From positions 1 through 63,200 of the forward strand of contig SLNP01000009.1 of NCBI GenBank assembly GCA_007132995.1: a stretch of 63,200 bases of DNA. The letters run 5' to 3'. Below, piece after piece: positions 46,944-56,580 of the stretch. Positions within the stretch are counted from its first letter, which is position 1, and every line of letters starts with the position of its first letter. The stretch comes from Bacteroidales bacterium (lineage in GTDB: Bacteria > Bacteroidota > Bacteroidia > Bacteroidales > VadinHA17). Under the pieces are notes generated by a model. It was not told where the DNA came from. It did not search any database and worked only from the letters and a program-made list of their open reading frames with translations. A program made the position numbers and the translations under genes.

Positions 46944-49307
46944 ATGAATCTTATAAAAACGGCAATAACGGCCATTCTGCTTATTATCATAACCGGGCCG
47001 GCTCCTGCGCAGGAGCTTACCCAGACCCTGCGCGGCAAAGTTGTTGACGCCTTCACCGGACTACCCCTTCCGGGGGCCGCCGTGGTCATAAAAAACAGCG
47101 ATCCGGTAAGAGGCGTCGGCACCGATCGCGATGGCAATTTCCGGTTCAGCAATATGCCGCTGGGGCGGGTCGATATAACAATAAGCTCTATCGGTTACAG
47201 ACCTGTCACAATGAACAACCTGCTTCTCACATCAGGGCGGGAGCTGGTTCTTGAGATAAGGCTTGAAGAGCAGGCCCATTCGATAGATGAGGTAGTGGTT
47301 CGCCCGGAAATCCGTAAAGATATCCCCTCTAACGAGATGGCCCTTGTCAGCGCCCGCTCATTCACCATAGACGAAACAGAGAGGTATGCCGGCAGCCTCG
47401 GCGACCCGTCGCGCATGGCCACTAACTTCGCAGGAGTGGTATCGGTAAACGATCAGCGCAACGATATAGTTATCAGAGGCAACTCACCCATCGGTCTGCT
47501 ATGGCGACTGGAGGGTATTGAGATACCCAATCCCAACCATTTCGGATCGCTTGGTTCGACCGGCGGACCGGTAAGCATGCTCAACAACAATCAGCTGGCC
47601 AACTCCGATTTCTACACCTCAGCCTTCCCAGCAGAATTTGGTAACGCCCTTTCAGGTGTTTTCGACCTGCGGCTGCGCAACGGCAACAATGAGCGTCACG
47701 AATTCACCGGTCAGATGGGATTTAACGGCTTTGAGCTTGGTGCCGAGGGGCCCTTCTCAGAAGAGAGCCGCGCATCATATATGGTAAATGGTCGCTACAG
47801 CACCCTCGAGGTGCTCCATGCCCTCGGCATGAACTTCGGCACCGGTGCGGCTATACCCAAATACAAAGATTTGTCGCTCAAGCTCAACTTCCCAACCAGA
47901 AATGGACGCATATCGTTTTTTGCACTTGGCGGTGACAACAACATAGCGATGCTCGACAGCGAAGGCGATGAGGCGCAGTACGGATTTTCAGGTACCGATC
48001 TCTACTACCGTAACCGCATGGGCGTGGCTGCCCTTACATGGGTAAGACATCTGCCGGGCGATGCACGGCTTACAACAACAGTTGCAGCATCGGGAATAGA
48101 GGGCGGTGCCGACATATACGAGCTCTCAAACGGCGATCGTGCCAGATCAATTGAAGAGATTCTGTACGAGGTAAAACAGACCCTTACTGCAAAGTACAGC
48201 CGCCGCTTCAACTCACGCAACTACCTCAACAGCGGGGTAATTTACGACCACTTCAGCGTTAAATATTATGGAGAATTCTACAGCGAAAGCCGCGACCAAT
48301 ATTTCCACTATCTCAATTCAAGGGGGAACACAAGCCTTGCAAGGCTTTTTGCAGAGTGGCAGCACAAATTCAACGACCAGCTCACACTAAGCACCGGTAT
48401 TCACTCATCATACCTCTTCCTTAACGGCAGTTATGCCGTTGAACCCCGCACAGGCATTAAGTGGGAGTTTCGTCCCGGCCGCTCTGTAAGTCTCGGTGCC
48501 GGTATGCATAGCCAGACGCAGATGAAGGGCGTCTACTTCTCTCAGCGCCTGGTCGATACCCTTAACATGGAGTATGAGCTTACAAACCGCGACCTTGACC
48601 TCACGCGCAGTCTGCATCTGGCAGCATCTTACCACCATATGCTGGGTCACGAACACAGGCTAAAGGCCGAAATATATTACCAGAAACTCTATAATGCCCC
48701 CGTAGCAGCATCGCGACCCGAATTCTCAATACTCAGTCAGGGCGCAGGCTTCAACTTCACGGTATTCGACTACATGGAAAACAGCGGCGAGGGAAAGAAT
48801 ATGGGTGTTGAACTCACCCTTGAAAGATTCCTTAACCAGGGTTTCTACTACCTCTTCACCGCCTCACTCTTCGACTCACGGCAAAGAGGATATGACGGCA
48901 TATGGCGCAACTCCGCCTTCAATAACCGATTTGTCTTCAATGTACTGGCAGGTTATGAATGGAAGCTGGGTAGCAGTTCGCTGCTGTCGGTCGATCTGAA
49001 GACGGTTTATGCCGGCGGTAACCGCTACCTTGAGATAGACGCAGAGCGATCGCTGCAGGAGGAGGGCACACGCTACAAATGGGACGAGGCCTACTCTAAA
49101 CAGTATCCCAACTACTTCCGGCTTAACGGCAGGATTACCTTCCGCCTTAACAGACCGGGACATAATCATGAGTGGGGAGTCGATCTGCAGAATATCACCA
49201 ACCACCAGAATATCTTCACCCAAAACTGGAACAGCGACAGCGAAGAGATATCAACCTCCTATCAGATGGGATTTATGCCTATGATGACCTACCGGATACA
49301 TTTCTGA
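46944..49307 (+). CDS. TonB-dependent receptor with N-terminal CarboxypepD_reg-like domain
   Basis: Signal peptide, LRGKVVD...PLPGA, plug (NDIVIRGNSP, NPNHFG), barrel ending in F. Confidence 0.9.
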   Translation: MNLIKTAITAILLIIITGPAPAQELTQTLRGKVVDAFTGLPLPGAAVVIKNSDPVRGVGTDRDGNFRFSNMPLGRVDITISSIGYRPVTMNNLLLTSGRELVLEIRLEEQAHSIDEVVVRPEIRKDIPSNEMALVSARSFTIDETERYAGSLGDPSRMATNFAGVVSVNDQRNDIVIRGNSPIGLLWRLEGIEIPNPNHFGSLGSTGGPVSMLNNNQLANSDFYTSAFPAEFGNALSGVFDLRLRNGNNERHEFTGQMGFNGFELGAEGPFSEESRASYMVNGRYSTLEVLHALGMNFGTGAAIPKYKDLSLKLNFPTRNGRISFFALGGDNNIAMLDSEGDEAQYGFSGTDLYYRNRMGVAALTWVRHLPGDARLTTTVAASGIEGGADIYELSNGDRARSIEEILYEVKQTLTAKYSRRFNSRNYLNSGVIYDHFSVKYYGEFYSESRDQYFHYLNSRGNTSLARLFAEWQHKFNDQLTLSTGIHSSYLFLNGSYAVEPRTGIKWEFRPGRSVSLGAGMHSQTQMKGVYFSQRLVDTLNMEYELTNRDLDLTRSLHLAASYHHMLGHEHRLKAEIYYQKLYNAPVAASRPEFSILSQGAGFNFTVFDYMENSGEGKNMGVELTLERFLNQGFYYLFTASLFDSRQRGYDGIWRNSAFNNRFVFNVLAGYEWKLGSSSLLSVDLKTVYAGGNRYLEIDAERSLQEEGTRYKWDEAYSKQYPNYFRLNGRITFRLNRPGHNHEWGVDLQNITNHQNIFTQNWNSDSEEISTSYQMGFMPMMTYRIHF

Positions 49308-49347
49308 TTAACAATTAAATGGGGTGTTGGCGCCCGTGTCAGAATAT

Positions 49348-49387
49348 GGTTATGCGGTTATGCGGTTATTCGGTTATGCGGTTATCT
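49348..49387. repeat. Tandem octamer GGTTATGC (5 copies, 2 degenerate)
   Basis: Read directly from the sequence. Confidence 0.8.
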
Positions 49388-49495
49388 GATTATTGTTGAG
49401 GAGTTGAGGAGTTTAGTGTGCTCGTTTCACTTTGTTTTAATACATCGAACAGACAAACCCAGTGCCATTGGAGCAGGATTAAGCTCTGCGAAACT
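49372..49495. repeat. 124-bp direct repeat, left copy
   Basis: Matches 52911-53034 with 6 mismatches by manual alignment. Confidence 0.9.
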
Positions 49496-50020
49496 TAGTG
49501 AAGGACTCATATAGAGATGTCGTGCTGATGGGGATTGCATACCGCTGTAAGATGTCGATGTCCACCAAAACCCCAAAAGGTCGCCATCATCAAAGCCATA
49601 GGCTGGTGCATACTTCCCACCCGGTAAGGCAGCAAAACCAAACTGATCTGTCCCATTACCATTCTTCTGCCAGCCATCTGCCGCCTTCAGCATTAAAGCA
49701 GGTCGGCTACCAGCATGATTAAGCAACTCCTTAAAATCTTCATATGAAGGTAAGCGCCAACCGGCAGGACAAACTGTCTGGGCACTGTTCCAATCGTACA
49801 AATATCCATATTTCTCGACATATGCATCCCTGTTCCTATAGGACCAATAGAGTCCATCATCAGGTTTCCATGCAAGGTTTTCAGCCATCCAAACCTGCTC
49901 TCCTATCTCAACCCATTTGTATTCATTACCATCTCTCTGGTCAGTAAAAGTGCCTGTAGACTGAGCACCTGCAACAGAAAGGAGGCTAATTCCAATAATA
50001 AGCATAAGTAACTTTTTCAT
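49427..50020 (-). CDS. Fibrobacter succinogenes major paralogous domain (FISUMP) secreted protein
   Basis: Signal peptide, FTDQRDGNEY, QVWMAENL, YGYLYDW, VCPAGWRLPS, GFAALPGG, GLSVRCIK. Confidence 0.9.
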   Translation of the reverse strand: MKKLLMLIIGISLLSVAGAQSTGTFTDQRDGNEYKWVEIGEQVWMAENLAWKPDDGLYWSYRNRDAYVEKYGYLYDWNSAQTVCPAGWRLPSYEDFKELLNHAGSRPALMLKAADGWQKNGNGTDQFGFAALPGGKYAPAYGFDDGDLLGFWWTSTSYSGMQSPSARHLYMSPSLSFAELNPAPMALGLSVRCIKTK

Positions 50021-50095
50021 AAATCATCAATTTCATTTAATATAATAAGCAGAAATCACACACAAAGGCAGCTGAATTCTAACGAAGTTGAAAAG

Positions 50096-50131
50096 TGTGG
50101 TGCGCACAAATAATAGTTTGCACGCACCACA
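50096..50131 (-). terminator. Probable terminator hairpin after the Cys-rich small gene
   Basis: TGTGGTGCG...CGCACCACA inverted repeat; the A run at 50091-50094 gives a T tail on the minus strand. Confidence 0.55.
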
Positions 50132-50149
50132 TATTTCAAACAATCATGA

Positions 50150-50458
50150 CTAATGCTGTTCAGGATTACAGATAGGACAAGTCTCCTCTTCACATGGATT
50201 ATCAGGACTGCACTGATAAGCTATGTCTTGAGAGCCCATATCATCTGGAGTCCACTTTCCGCAACACACATTAGGTGCAAACAACCGCCAAAGTGTTTTG
50301 TAATAGTTGTCATTTGCTACTTCACATTGAGGACCTAGACACTCTCCGCTAGGCCCATCTCCTCCTGCTGGCTGTGCCATTGCAGGAGTAATAGAGCTTG
50401 ACAACAGAAATATGAAAACCGTTGTCAGGGCGATTAAAGAATAGATCGATTTCTTCAT
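50150..50458 (-). CDS. Small secreted Cys-rich protein
   Basis: Sec signal ending AMA; 8 Cys in the mature region. Confidence 0.75.
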   Translation of the reverse strand: MKKSIYSLIALTTVFIFLLSSSITPAMAQPAGGDGPSGECLGPQCEVANDNYYKTLWRLFAPNVCCGKWTPDDMGSQDIAYQCSPDNPCEEETCPICNPEQH

Positions 50459-50530
50459 AAATAATTCATTTTTAAGTTAACCATATATATAGGACGTCCG
50501 TTATCTATATAAGGTTATCAAATTGGAATG

Positions 50531-51745
50531 CTATTTATCCTTAATAGAGTATACAATCAGAAAAGGATTCTCTTTGCCTGTTACATCAAGATAGCCATAA
50601 TCTTCACTCAACTCGGACAATTTCTTGACTTCTGCAGCCTCTGCAATCGCCAGGAAGCTATTATCCTCATACCGACTTACTGTTACAGACACCGGCAATA
50701 AGCCCAACTCAAAGCACCTGGTAAGGTCATAGCTATTACCGGTTTTAAATGAGTGTATTACATTTACCGGCTTTTCTTCCAGAGTATAAACAATCATCAG
50801 AAAATCACCAGCTTTCTGAATTGCAGCAATTGAACCAACCCGCTCCCCACTGGAGGACAGTCGCATCTTCTCTTCGTCCGATAAACGGTTGAGTTCATCA
50901 GGGGTGAATGAGTATTTGCCAAAATCAAACCGATAAACCGGCTTAGCACTGTTATCCTCTATCCTATAGACATTGTAGTCATAGGGCGCTACCAGCATGA
51001 TCTCATCACCTAGACTGAAAGGACTTGGTAAAATTGCCGGGTTTCTGCCATTAATGACAATATCCAATCTATTTGCACTTGTAAAGTAATCTTTATAGAT
51101 AGTATACTGATAGAGCTCTCTAAGCCCTGTAGCCGGCGAAACATCAGTTTTTGACATGTCATGATAGACAAGCAACCTATTATCATCCAACACCCTGAAA
51201 TCATTTAACATTACTGTATCAGGCCAACGTCTGGAATCGACAATATTAAGCTCAGTATCGAGAGTGATTAATGACGCCTGTCCAAAATCCACAAGCAAAA
51301 TATTCCCACTTGAGCGATCAATATCAAATGCGTATGGTGTAATAATCTCTCCCGGCCCACGCCCTCTCTTTGTCCTGCACAAAAACTCCCCCTCGTCGCT
51401 GAATAGATAGAGGGTACTGGTTGTCCATGTATCCAACAGATAGAACCGCCCGTTATGATACCTTAATGAAAGGTAATTATATATATCACCCAATAGTGAG
51501 CTATCGGTGACCTCCAATGGAATTATCCGTTCAATTATCACTTCGGGAACAGGTCCGTCATCCCTGTCGGGATCAATAGCTATGACTTTAACCCCTTCGG
51601 GCAGATCAGCTTTGGTACGACACGAATAATTGACAACAACCAAAAACCCTACGATAGCCAGGAGAAGTATCTTATTACTGAGCATTGGGGTGCCGATTGA
51701 GTATACGCTTGTTTTTGCATCCATAATTCTTCTGTATTTTTTCAA
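50531..51745 (-). CDS. 6-bladed beta-propeller lipoprotein (DUF5128/BF3164-like)
   Basis: Lipobox-like NYSC, IIPLE, GRGPGE, YRFDFG motifs; true start may be downstream. Confidence 0.75.
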   Translation of the reverse strand: MKKYRRIMDAKTSVYSIGTPMLSNKILLLAIVGFLVVVNYSCRTKADLPEGVKVIAIDPDRDDGPVPEVIIERIIPLEVTDSSLLGDIYNYLSLRYHNGRFYLLDTWTTSTLYLFSDEGEFLCRTKRGRGPGEIITPYAFDIDRSSGNILLVDFGQASLITLDTELNIVDSRRWPDTVMLNDFRVLDDNRLLVYHDMSKTDVSPATGLRELYQYTIYKDYFTSANRLDIVINGRNPAILPSPFSLGDEIMLVAPYDYNVYRIEDNSAKPVYRFDFGKYSFTPDELNRLSDEEKMRLSSSGERVGSIAAIQKAGDFLMIVYTLEEKPVNVIHSFKTGNSYDLTRCFELGLLPVSVTVSRYEDNSFLAIAEAAEVKKLSELSEDYGYLDVTGKENPFLIVYSIKDK

Positions 51746-52383
51746 TTAATTCTTTCAAAGAATTCTGCTATACGTTCCAGATATTTTTGATTCTGAATCT
51801 CATCATCTCTACTATAAGGCAGAATAACCTCAAAATCCGGCCTAATAACCAGATAAAAGGGCACATCATTATCGTAATTCTCAGATTGCAAAGGCACACC
51901 TAATGGGAAAGTGTAATTATATGCAAGAAATGATAAGCTATAGGAGTTTATCATTGCCTTAAAGGAGCGACTTGAAGAGTAATTACCAACTGCTATTATC
52001 TGCTCTGGTGGCACCCTCTTACTAAGCTTTTTTAATGCCTCAATATCTTTGATTACACAATCAATGCAAGATGATTCTGAAAATCTGTAAAGAAGTAGAT
52101 GCTTCCCGGTAATACTACTCAACAAAACTGTGTCCCCACTAATAGCCTCGACCAATTTGAGATCAGGAATGATTGAATGTGCTGTCCGAAGCTCTAGCAT
52201 TTCCTTCCTCTTAAACCCAACAAGTCTTGTCTCAGCCAGAATCAATCTGGCATCAATTTCTCCCGTTGTCTGATAATACTGGTCCGTTATTGAAGCTAAA
52301 TGCTTTCTGTGTGCTATCACCCTCCCCAAAAGAATAATAGCAACTATTGCAAGGCCAACAGAAATCAAATGGACTTTTTTCAA
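51742..52383 (-). CDS. Membrane-anchored hypothetical protein with CxxC (thioredoxin-like)
   Basis: N-terminal TM, YRFSESSCIDCV, PFYLVI. Confidence 0.65.
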   Translation of the reverse strand: MKKVHLISVGLAIVAIILLGRVIAHRKHLASITDQYYQTTGEIDARLILAETRLVGFKRKEMLELRTAHSIIPDLKLVEAISGDTVLLSSITGKHLLLYRFSESSCIDCVIKDIEALKKLSKRVPPEQIIAVGNYSSSRSFKAMINSYSLSFLAYNYTFPLGVPLQSENYDNDVPFYLVIRPDFEVILPYSRDDEIQNQKYLERIAEFFERIN

Positions 52384-52910
52384 ACCTATATCTCTCTCTT
52401 AACATAGCAGTTGGAGCTTCAGTAGTTTTCATTTTGTCTTACTAACATAATGCTATTCTCAAATAATACATAAAGAATAAAATCTCTTTTGTAGCTTTTT
52501 GCGACACCGACTAACCTTATAACCCATCAGTAATGAAACAACACACTAGTTCACTGTTATGAAAAACTAACAGTCTCCTACCAATAAATCATATTCACTG
52601 ATTTTGAGGAATCGCGGTAAAACAAGCGGCTTTTTTACACATAAATAACTCTTAATCAACTGATAGATTAACACAAGCACTGTCAGTAAGGTTAACACAA
52701 AGAATGCTTCTCTTCACCAACATCCAGCATTCCGTTAGCAAACATAAAAAAAAAACGGACCAGGCAAATGTTTTTTTATGTTTCGCAACATGTTTTCTTG
52801 CATCCTCAACTGCTTATAGCATAAAACCTGCATCAAACCAGCCCTATTCCAGGTGTCCCATACACTATCATAAGACAAGCGTCTCCGCGATTGCACGTAA
52901 TTCTCTTATT

Positions 52911-53034
52911 GGTTATGCGGTTATCTGATTATTGTTGAAGAGTTTAGTAGTTTAGTGTGCTCGTTTCACTTTGCTTTAATACATCGAACAGAAAAACCCA
53001 TTGCCATTGGAGCAGGATTAAGCTCTGCGAAACT
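52911..53034. repeat. 124-bp direct repeat, right copy (orphan variant 3' end of the FISUMP gene)
   Basis: Minus strand reads SFAELNPAPMAMGFSVRCIKAK*, versus SFAELNPAPMALGLSVRCIKTK* in the gene. Confidence 0.9.
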
Positions 53035-53091
53035 AATCACTATAATTCTCTCTTTTTTTCCATTAAATTTGCAGTAGTACAAAAAAACTAT

Positions 53092-54309
53092 ATGTCAATG
53101 ATCAACTACAAAGAGAGCCGAAAGATTTGCACGGAACAGAGCCGTTTGACGGAGAAGGTGTTCGACAATTTTCTCATGAACTACGCAGCCTCCAGGAACA
53201 GTCTTGAAAAAACGATGGTAAAGGAGTTTATGAAGTATCGCCATATTCTTGACTCACTTCCGGAAGATTCCGTCAGCCGGTTTATGGCCCAGTATATAGC
53301 TCACAAACTATTTGGTAAAGACGGGAACATCAATAAACTGATAACTCATGCCGAACTGAAACATCTCGACAGTGAGTCGATGCAGTTTCTGCAGCGACAA
53401 ATTGAAAATCCGTGGCGATTCTCTTTCAGCGTCATAACCTCAAATCCGCAGAAGGATTTCTTTCTTATGGAAGATGTGTTTACGCAAGATGAATATCTGC
53501 TCTACTCGCCCGGTATAACGCAAACTATTGAAGAGAGGCATCCATGGCTCTGGTTTAACCTTATAGCCTTCAACTCTCACTGCTGGCAGACATTTGGTCC
53601 CATAGCAGGCTATATGTCATTCTCTCCCGACGATATCTTCTTCTTTGCAACTGAACTTGACTCTGGAATAGAGAGTGATGAAGAGCTGCTTGAACATATC
53701 AGCAGTAATCCAGTGCCTTATATGATGCTTATCTCTGAATCAGATCTTCCGGCAATTAAACAGAGAGATGATATGGCGATTCACTGCATTTCTGAGATTG
53801 AAACAGAGATGCCATCAAGGCTGGGACCACAGAACGGATTCCGGAAAGAGTACAACAAAAATGTTTACAGGTTCTCTATGAAAGAGTGGAGCGATTTCCC
53901 GCACATGGCTCACGCTTTTTACGATGAGAGTAAAGGAATAATGAGGGTTTCTGCGATGACTGAACGGGGTTATGATGCTATTGCCCGCGCCATTAATGAA
54001 GCGGGATATCACCTTCCGGTTGAATCGGATATCCGCGTCAGCACAACAATGGTTATAGCTGCATCAAAAATAACCGGCAGACCGATAAATATTTCAGAGT
54101 ATGAAAATCTGTTTGTAAAAGAGAGCACCCCCGAGGAGGAAGAGACCCTCGAAGCTCTGAACAGGTTTATAGAGCTTATAATGCCGGAAATAAATTACGG
54201 GAGAAAACCGGACATAGATAAGATGGCCGCTGCTGCCGGACTGGATATTGAGAATGCCCGGGGCATATATGAACAGATATCGAAAATGGATTTCGGATCA
54301 CCTGAATAG
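53092..54309 (+). CDS. Hypothetical protein
   Basis: Long ORF; start moved to ATG 53092, after TAAATTTG at 53064. Confidence 0.75.
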   Translation: MSMINYKESRKICTEQSRLTEKVFDNFLMNYAASRNSLEKTMVKEFMKYRHILDSLPEDSVSRFMAQYIAHKLFGKDGNINKLITHAELKHLDSESMQFLQRQIENPWRFSFSVITSNPQKDFFLMEDVFTQDEYLLYSPGITQTIEERHPWLWFNLIAFNSHCWQTFGPIAGYMSFSPDDIFFFATELDSGIESDEELLEHISSNPVPYMMLISESDLPAIKQRDDMAIHCISEIETEMPSRLGPQNGFRKEYNKNVYRFSMKEWSDFPHMAHAFYDESKGIMRVSAMTERGYDAIARAINEAGYHLPVESDIRVSTTMVIAASKITGRPINISEYENLFVKESTPEEEETLEALNRFIELIMPEINYGRKPDIDKMAAAAGLDIENARGIYEQISKMDFGSPE

Positions 54310-54334
54310 TAGAGAGACAAAGGGCTTACCGCTT

Positions 54335-54829
54335 ATGAAAAAGATAGCCTTTATCGGACCAAACAGTGAAAACTGCAGCGACCAGCTCTATGATTTTGGG
54401 GTTGAGCTTGGCAGGGCGGTGGCGACAGCCGACACGATAATTATCTGCGGTGGGCGTGGAGGCTTTATGGAGGCTGTATGCCGTGGCGCCAAAGAGTCGG
54501 CCGGAACATTTAAGGGACAGACCCTCGGAATTCTGCCCGAAGCGACAGCCGAAAGTGCAAACCGCTGGGTCGATGTAACCATTCCGACGGGGATGGGTCT
54601 GGCGCGTAATGCAATAATAGTAAACAGCGGAGATATAATCGTGGCAGCAGGGGGCGGTACCGGAACGCTCTCAGAGCTGGCATTCGCATGTCAGATGGGC
54701 AAAAAGGTGCTATGCATTACAACATTTGACGGGTGGGCAGCCAGACTGGCAGCTGCAGATGTCGATGCAATATCACCGGGGCTGCTGATTCCGGTTGCAA
54801 CAATCGAAGAAATATTGGGTCATCTTTAG
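54335..54829 (+). CDS. LOG/TIGR00725-family Rossmann-fold protein
   Basis: CGGRGGFME, GILP, PTGMGLARN, GGGTGTLSE. Confidence 0.88.
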   Translation: MKKIAFIGPNSENCSDQLYDFGVELGRAVATADTIIICGGRGGFMEAVCRGAKESAGTFKGQTLGILPEATAESANRWVDVTIPTGMGLARNAIIVNSGDIIVAAGGGTGTLSELAFACQMGKKVLCITTFDGWAARLAAADVDAISPGLLIPVATIEEILGHL

Positions 54830-54840
54830 ATCTCATCCCC

Positions 54841-54907
54841 CGCAAATAGTTCGGGACTATTTGCGATGAAACAGAAATGACTCGCTGAACCTGTCAGGGA
54901 GTTTTTT
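54841..54907 (+). terminator. Two hairpins, the second with a T tail
   Basis: CGCAAATAGT-tcggg-ACTATTTGCG, then ACTCGCTGA-acctg-TCAGGGAGT-TTTTT. Confidence 0.5.
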
Positions 54908-55028
54908 GTTTATACTTTTGATTTAATTTTTAAGCAAAGCAAAGGTAGTAATAGAGAAGTCCCGGGAAAATAAGGATATTGTATCTATAAAGTTGAGTTC
55001 CGGACAGTAAAACTGAAGAACAGGAGCG

Positions 55029-56396
55029 ATGAAGGAGGATATTATCAGGCAACGAATAGAGACACAGAAAGCTTTTTTTGCCACAGGCACAACGCGTAAC
55101 ATAAAGTTTCGCAAGGAGATGCTTCGTAAATTACGCGATGCAATAATCAATAATGAGAAAAAGATAACCGATGCTGTTTACAGTGACCTGCGCAAATCGT
55201 ATCAGGAGGCCTATTTGACGGAGATAGGGCTGGTGCTGGCTGAGATAAGGTACCACCTCAGGAAACTACCTCGATGGGACCGGCCCGGGAGGGTTCCCAC
55301 CCCACTCTACCTTCTTCCCTCGCGCAGCAAAATTGTAGCAGAGCCTCTGGGAGCATCGCTTATAATAGCACCCTGGAACTACCCCTTCCAGCTTCTTATG
55401 GCTCCGCTGGTCGGTGCCATCTCGTCAGGATGCACAGCCGTACTGAAGCCCTCACCCTACACTCCCGAAACGGCAAAAGTTATAGAGGAGATCATAACCG
55501 CCACATTCCCTTCTGAATATATTACGGTAATACGCGGAGGCAGGGAGACCAACCAGATGCTTCTGAATGAGCGGTTCGATATCATCTTCTTCACCGGAAG
55601 CTCCGCGCTCGGCAAAGTGGTAATGGAGGCCGCCTCCAGGCACCTTACACCGGTGGTACTGGAGCTTGGCGGCAAGAGTCCATGCATTGTCGACAGCGAT
55701 GCCGATATAAGCAAAGCGGCAAAACGGATTGTCTGGGGTAAATGCATCAATGCAGGACAGACCTGCATTGCTCCCGATTATATTCTGACTCACATATCCG
55801 TGAAGGAGAGACTGGTTGAGGCTTTAAAGGGTGAGATAGCACGAACCTACGGCGACGACCCCTCAAAGAGCAACTGGTATCCGCGTATCGTTAACGGAAA
55901 GGCCTTCGATCGCATTAAGGGATACATAGATGGAGGCAATATAGTACACGGCGGCAGAACCATTAAGGATGATCTCTACATCGAGCCTACTATAATCGAT
56001 CAGCCGCCGGTCAACTCCCCGGTAATGCAGGAAGAGATATTCGGTCCGGTTCTGCCAATATTGACATTCGAGAAGACCGGTGAGGCCATCAATTTCGTCA
56101 ACAGCCGCGAAAAACCGCTGGCTCTCTACTACTTCGGAAAAAACAGAAAGGCACAGGAGGTAGTTGACAAAACAACCTCCGGAGGGGGATGCATAAACGA
56201 CACACTGATGCATGTCACCAACCACCACCTCCCCTTCGGAGGTGTAGGTAACAGCGGCATGGGAAGCTACCACGGAAAAGAGAGCTTTCTGGCCTTCAGC
56301 AACAGGAGGGCGGTGGTAACCACCCCTACATGGATAGACCTGCCATTCAGGTATGTACCATTCAAGCTGTTCAGTGCAGTTAAAAAGGTTCTCTGA
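55029..56396 (+). CDS. Aldehyde dehydrogenase (ALDH3-like)
   Basis: PWNYP, FTGS, LELGGKSP, NAGQTC, EEIFGP, PFGGVGNSGMG. Confidence 0.96.
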   Translation: MKEDIIRQRIETQKAFFATGTTRNIKFRKEMLRKLRDAIINNEKKITDAVYSDLRKSYQEAYLTEIGLVLAEIRYHLRKLPRWDRPGRVPTPLYLLPSRSKIVAEPLGASLIIAPWNYPFQLLMAPLVGAISSGCTAVLKPSPYTPETAKVIEEIITATFPSEYITVIRGGRETNQMLLNERFDIIFFTGSSALGKVVMEAASRHLTPVVLELGGKSPCIVDSDADISKAAKRIVWGKCINAGQTCIAPDYILTHISVKERLVEALKGEIARTYGDDPSKSNWYPRIVNGKAFDRIKGYIDGGNIVHGGRTIKDDLYIEPTIIDQPPVNSPVMQEEIFGPVLPILTFEKTGEAINFVNSREKPLALYYFGKNRKAQEVVDKTTSGGGCINDTLMHVTNHHLPFGGVGNSGMGSYHGKESFLAFSNRRAVVTTPTWIDLPFRYVPFKLFSAVKKVL

Positions 56397-56580
56397 TAAG
56401 GACATACAATTTTCTCCTTCCCAAATCTGCCAATCTGCTAAAAAAGGGTCTCCGTCGACACCATATCAAAACTTGAAGCTGAATAGTTTATCTTTATGCT
56501 CTCTTTAAACAACCTCATAAACAATGTTCTGATTATTCTGTTATATGTTTGTAAGGTAAACGGTATCCGGTGCATCCATT

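Noticed and set aside
49372-53034. Diversity-generating retroelement (VR in the FISUMP C-terminus, TR at 52911-53034)
   Set aside because: The mismatches are not adenine-specific for either copy (only 3 of 6 are A in the right copy on the coding strand), half lie beyond the stop codon, and no reverse transcriptase or Avd gene is in the window.
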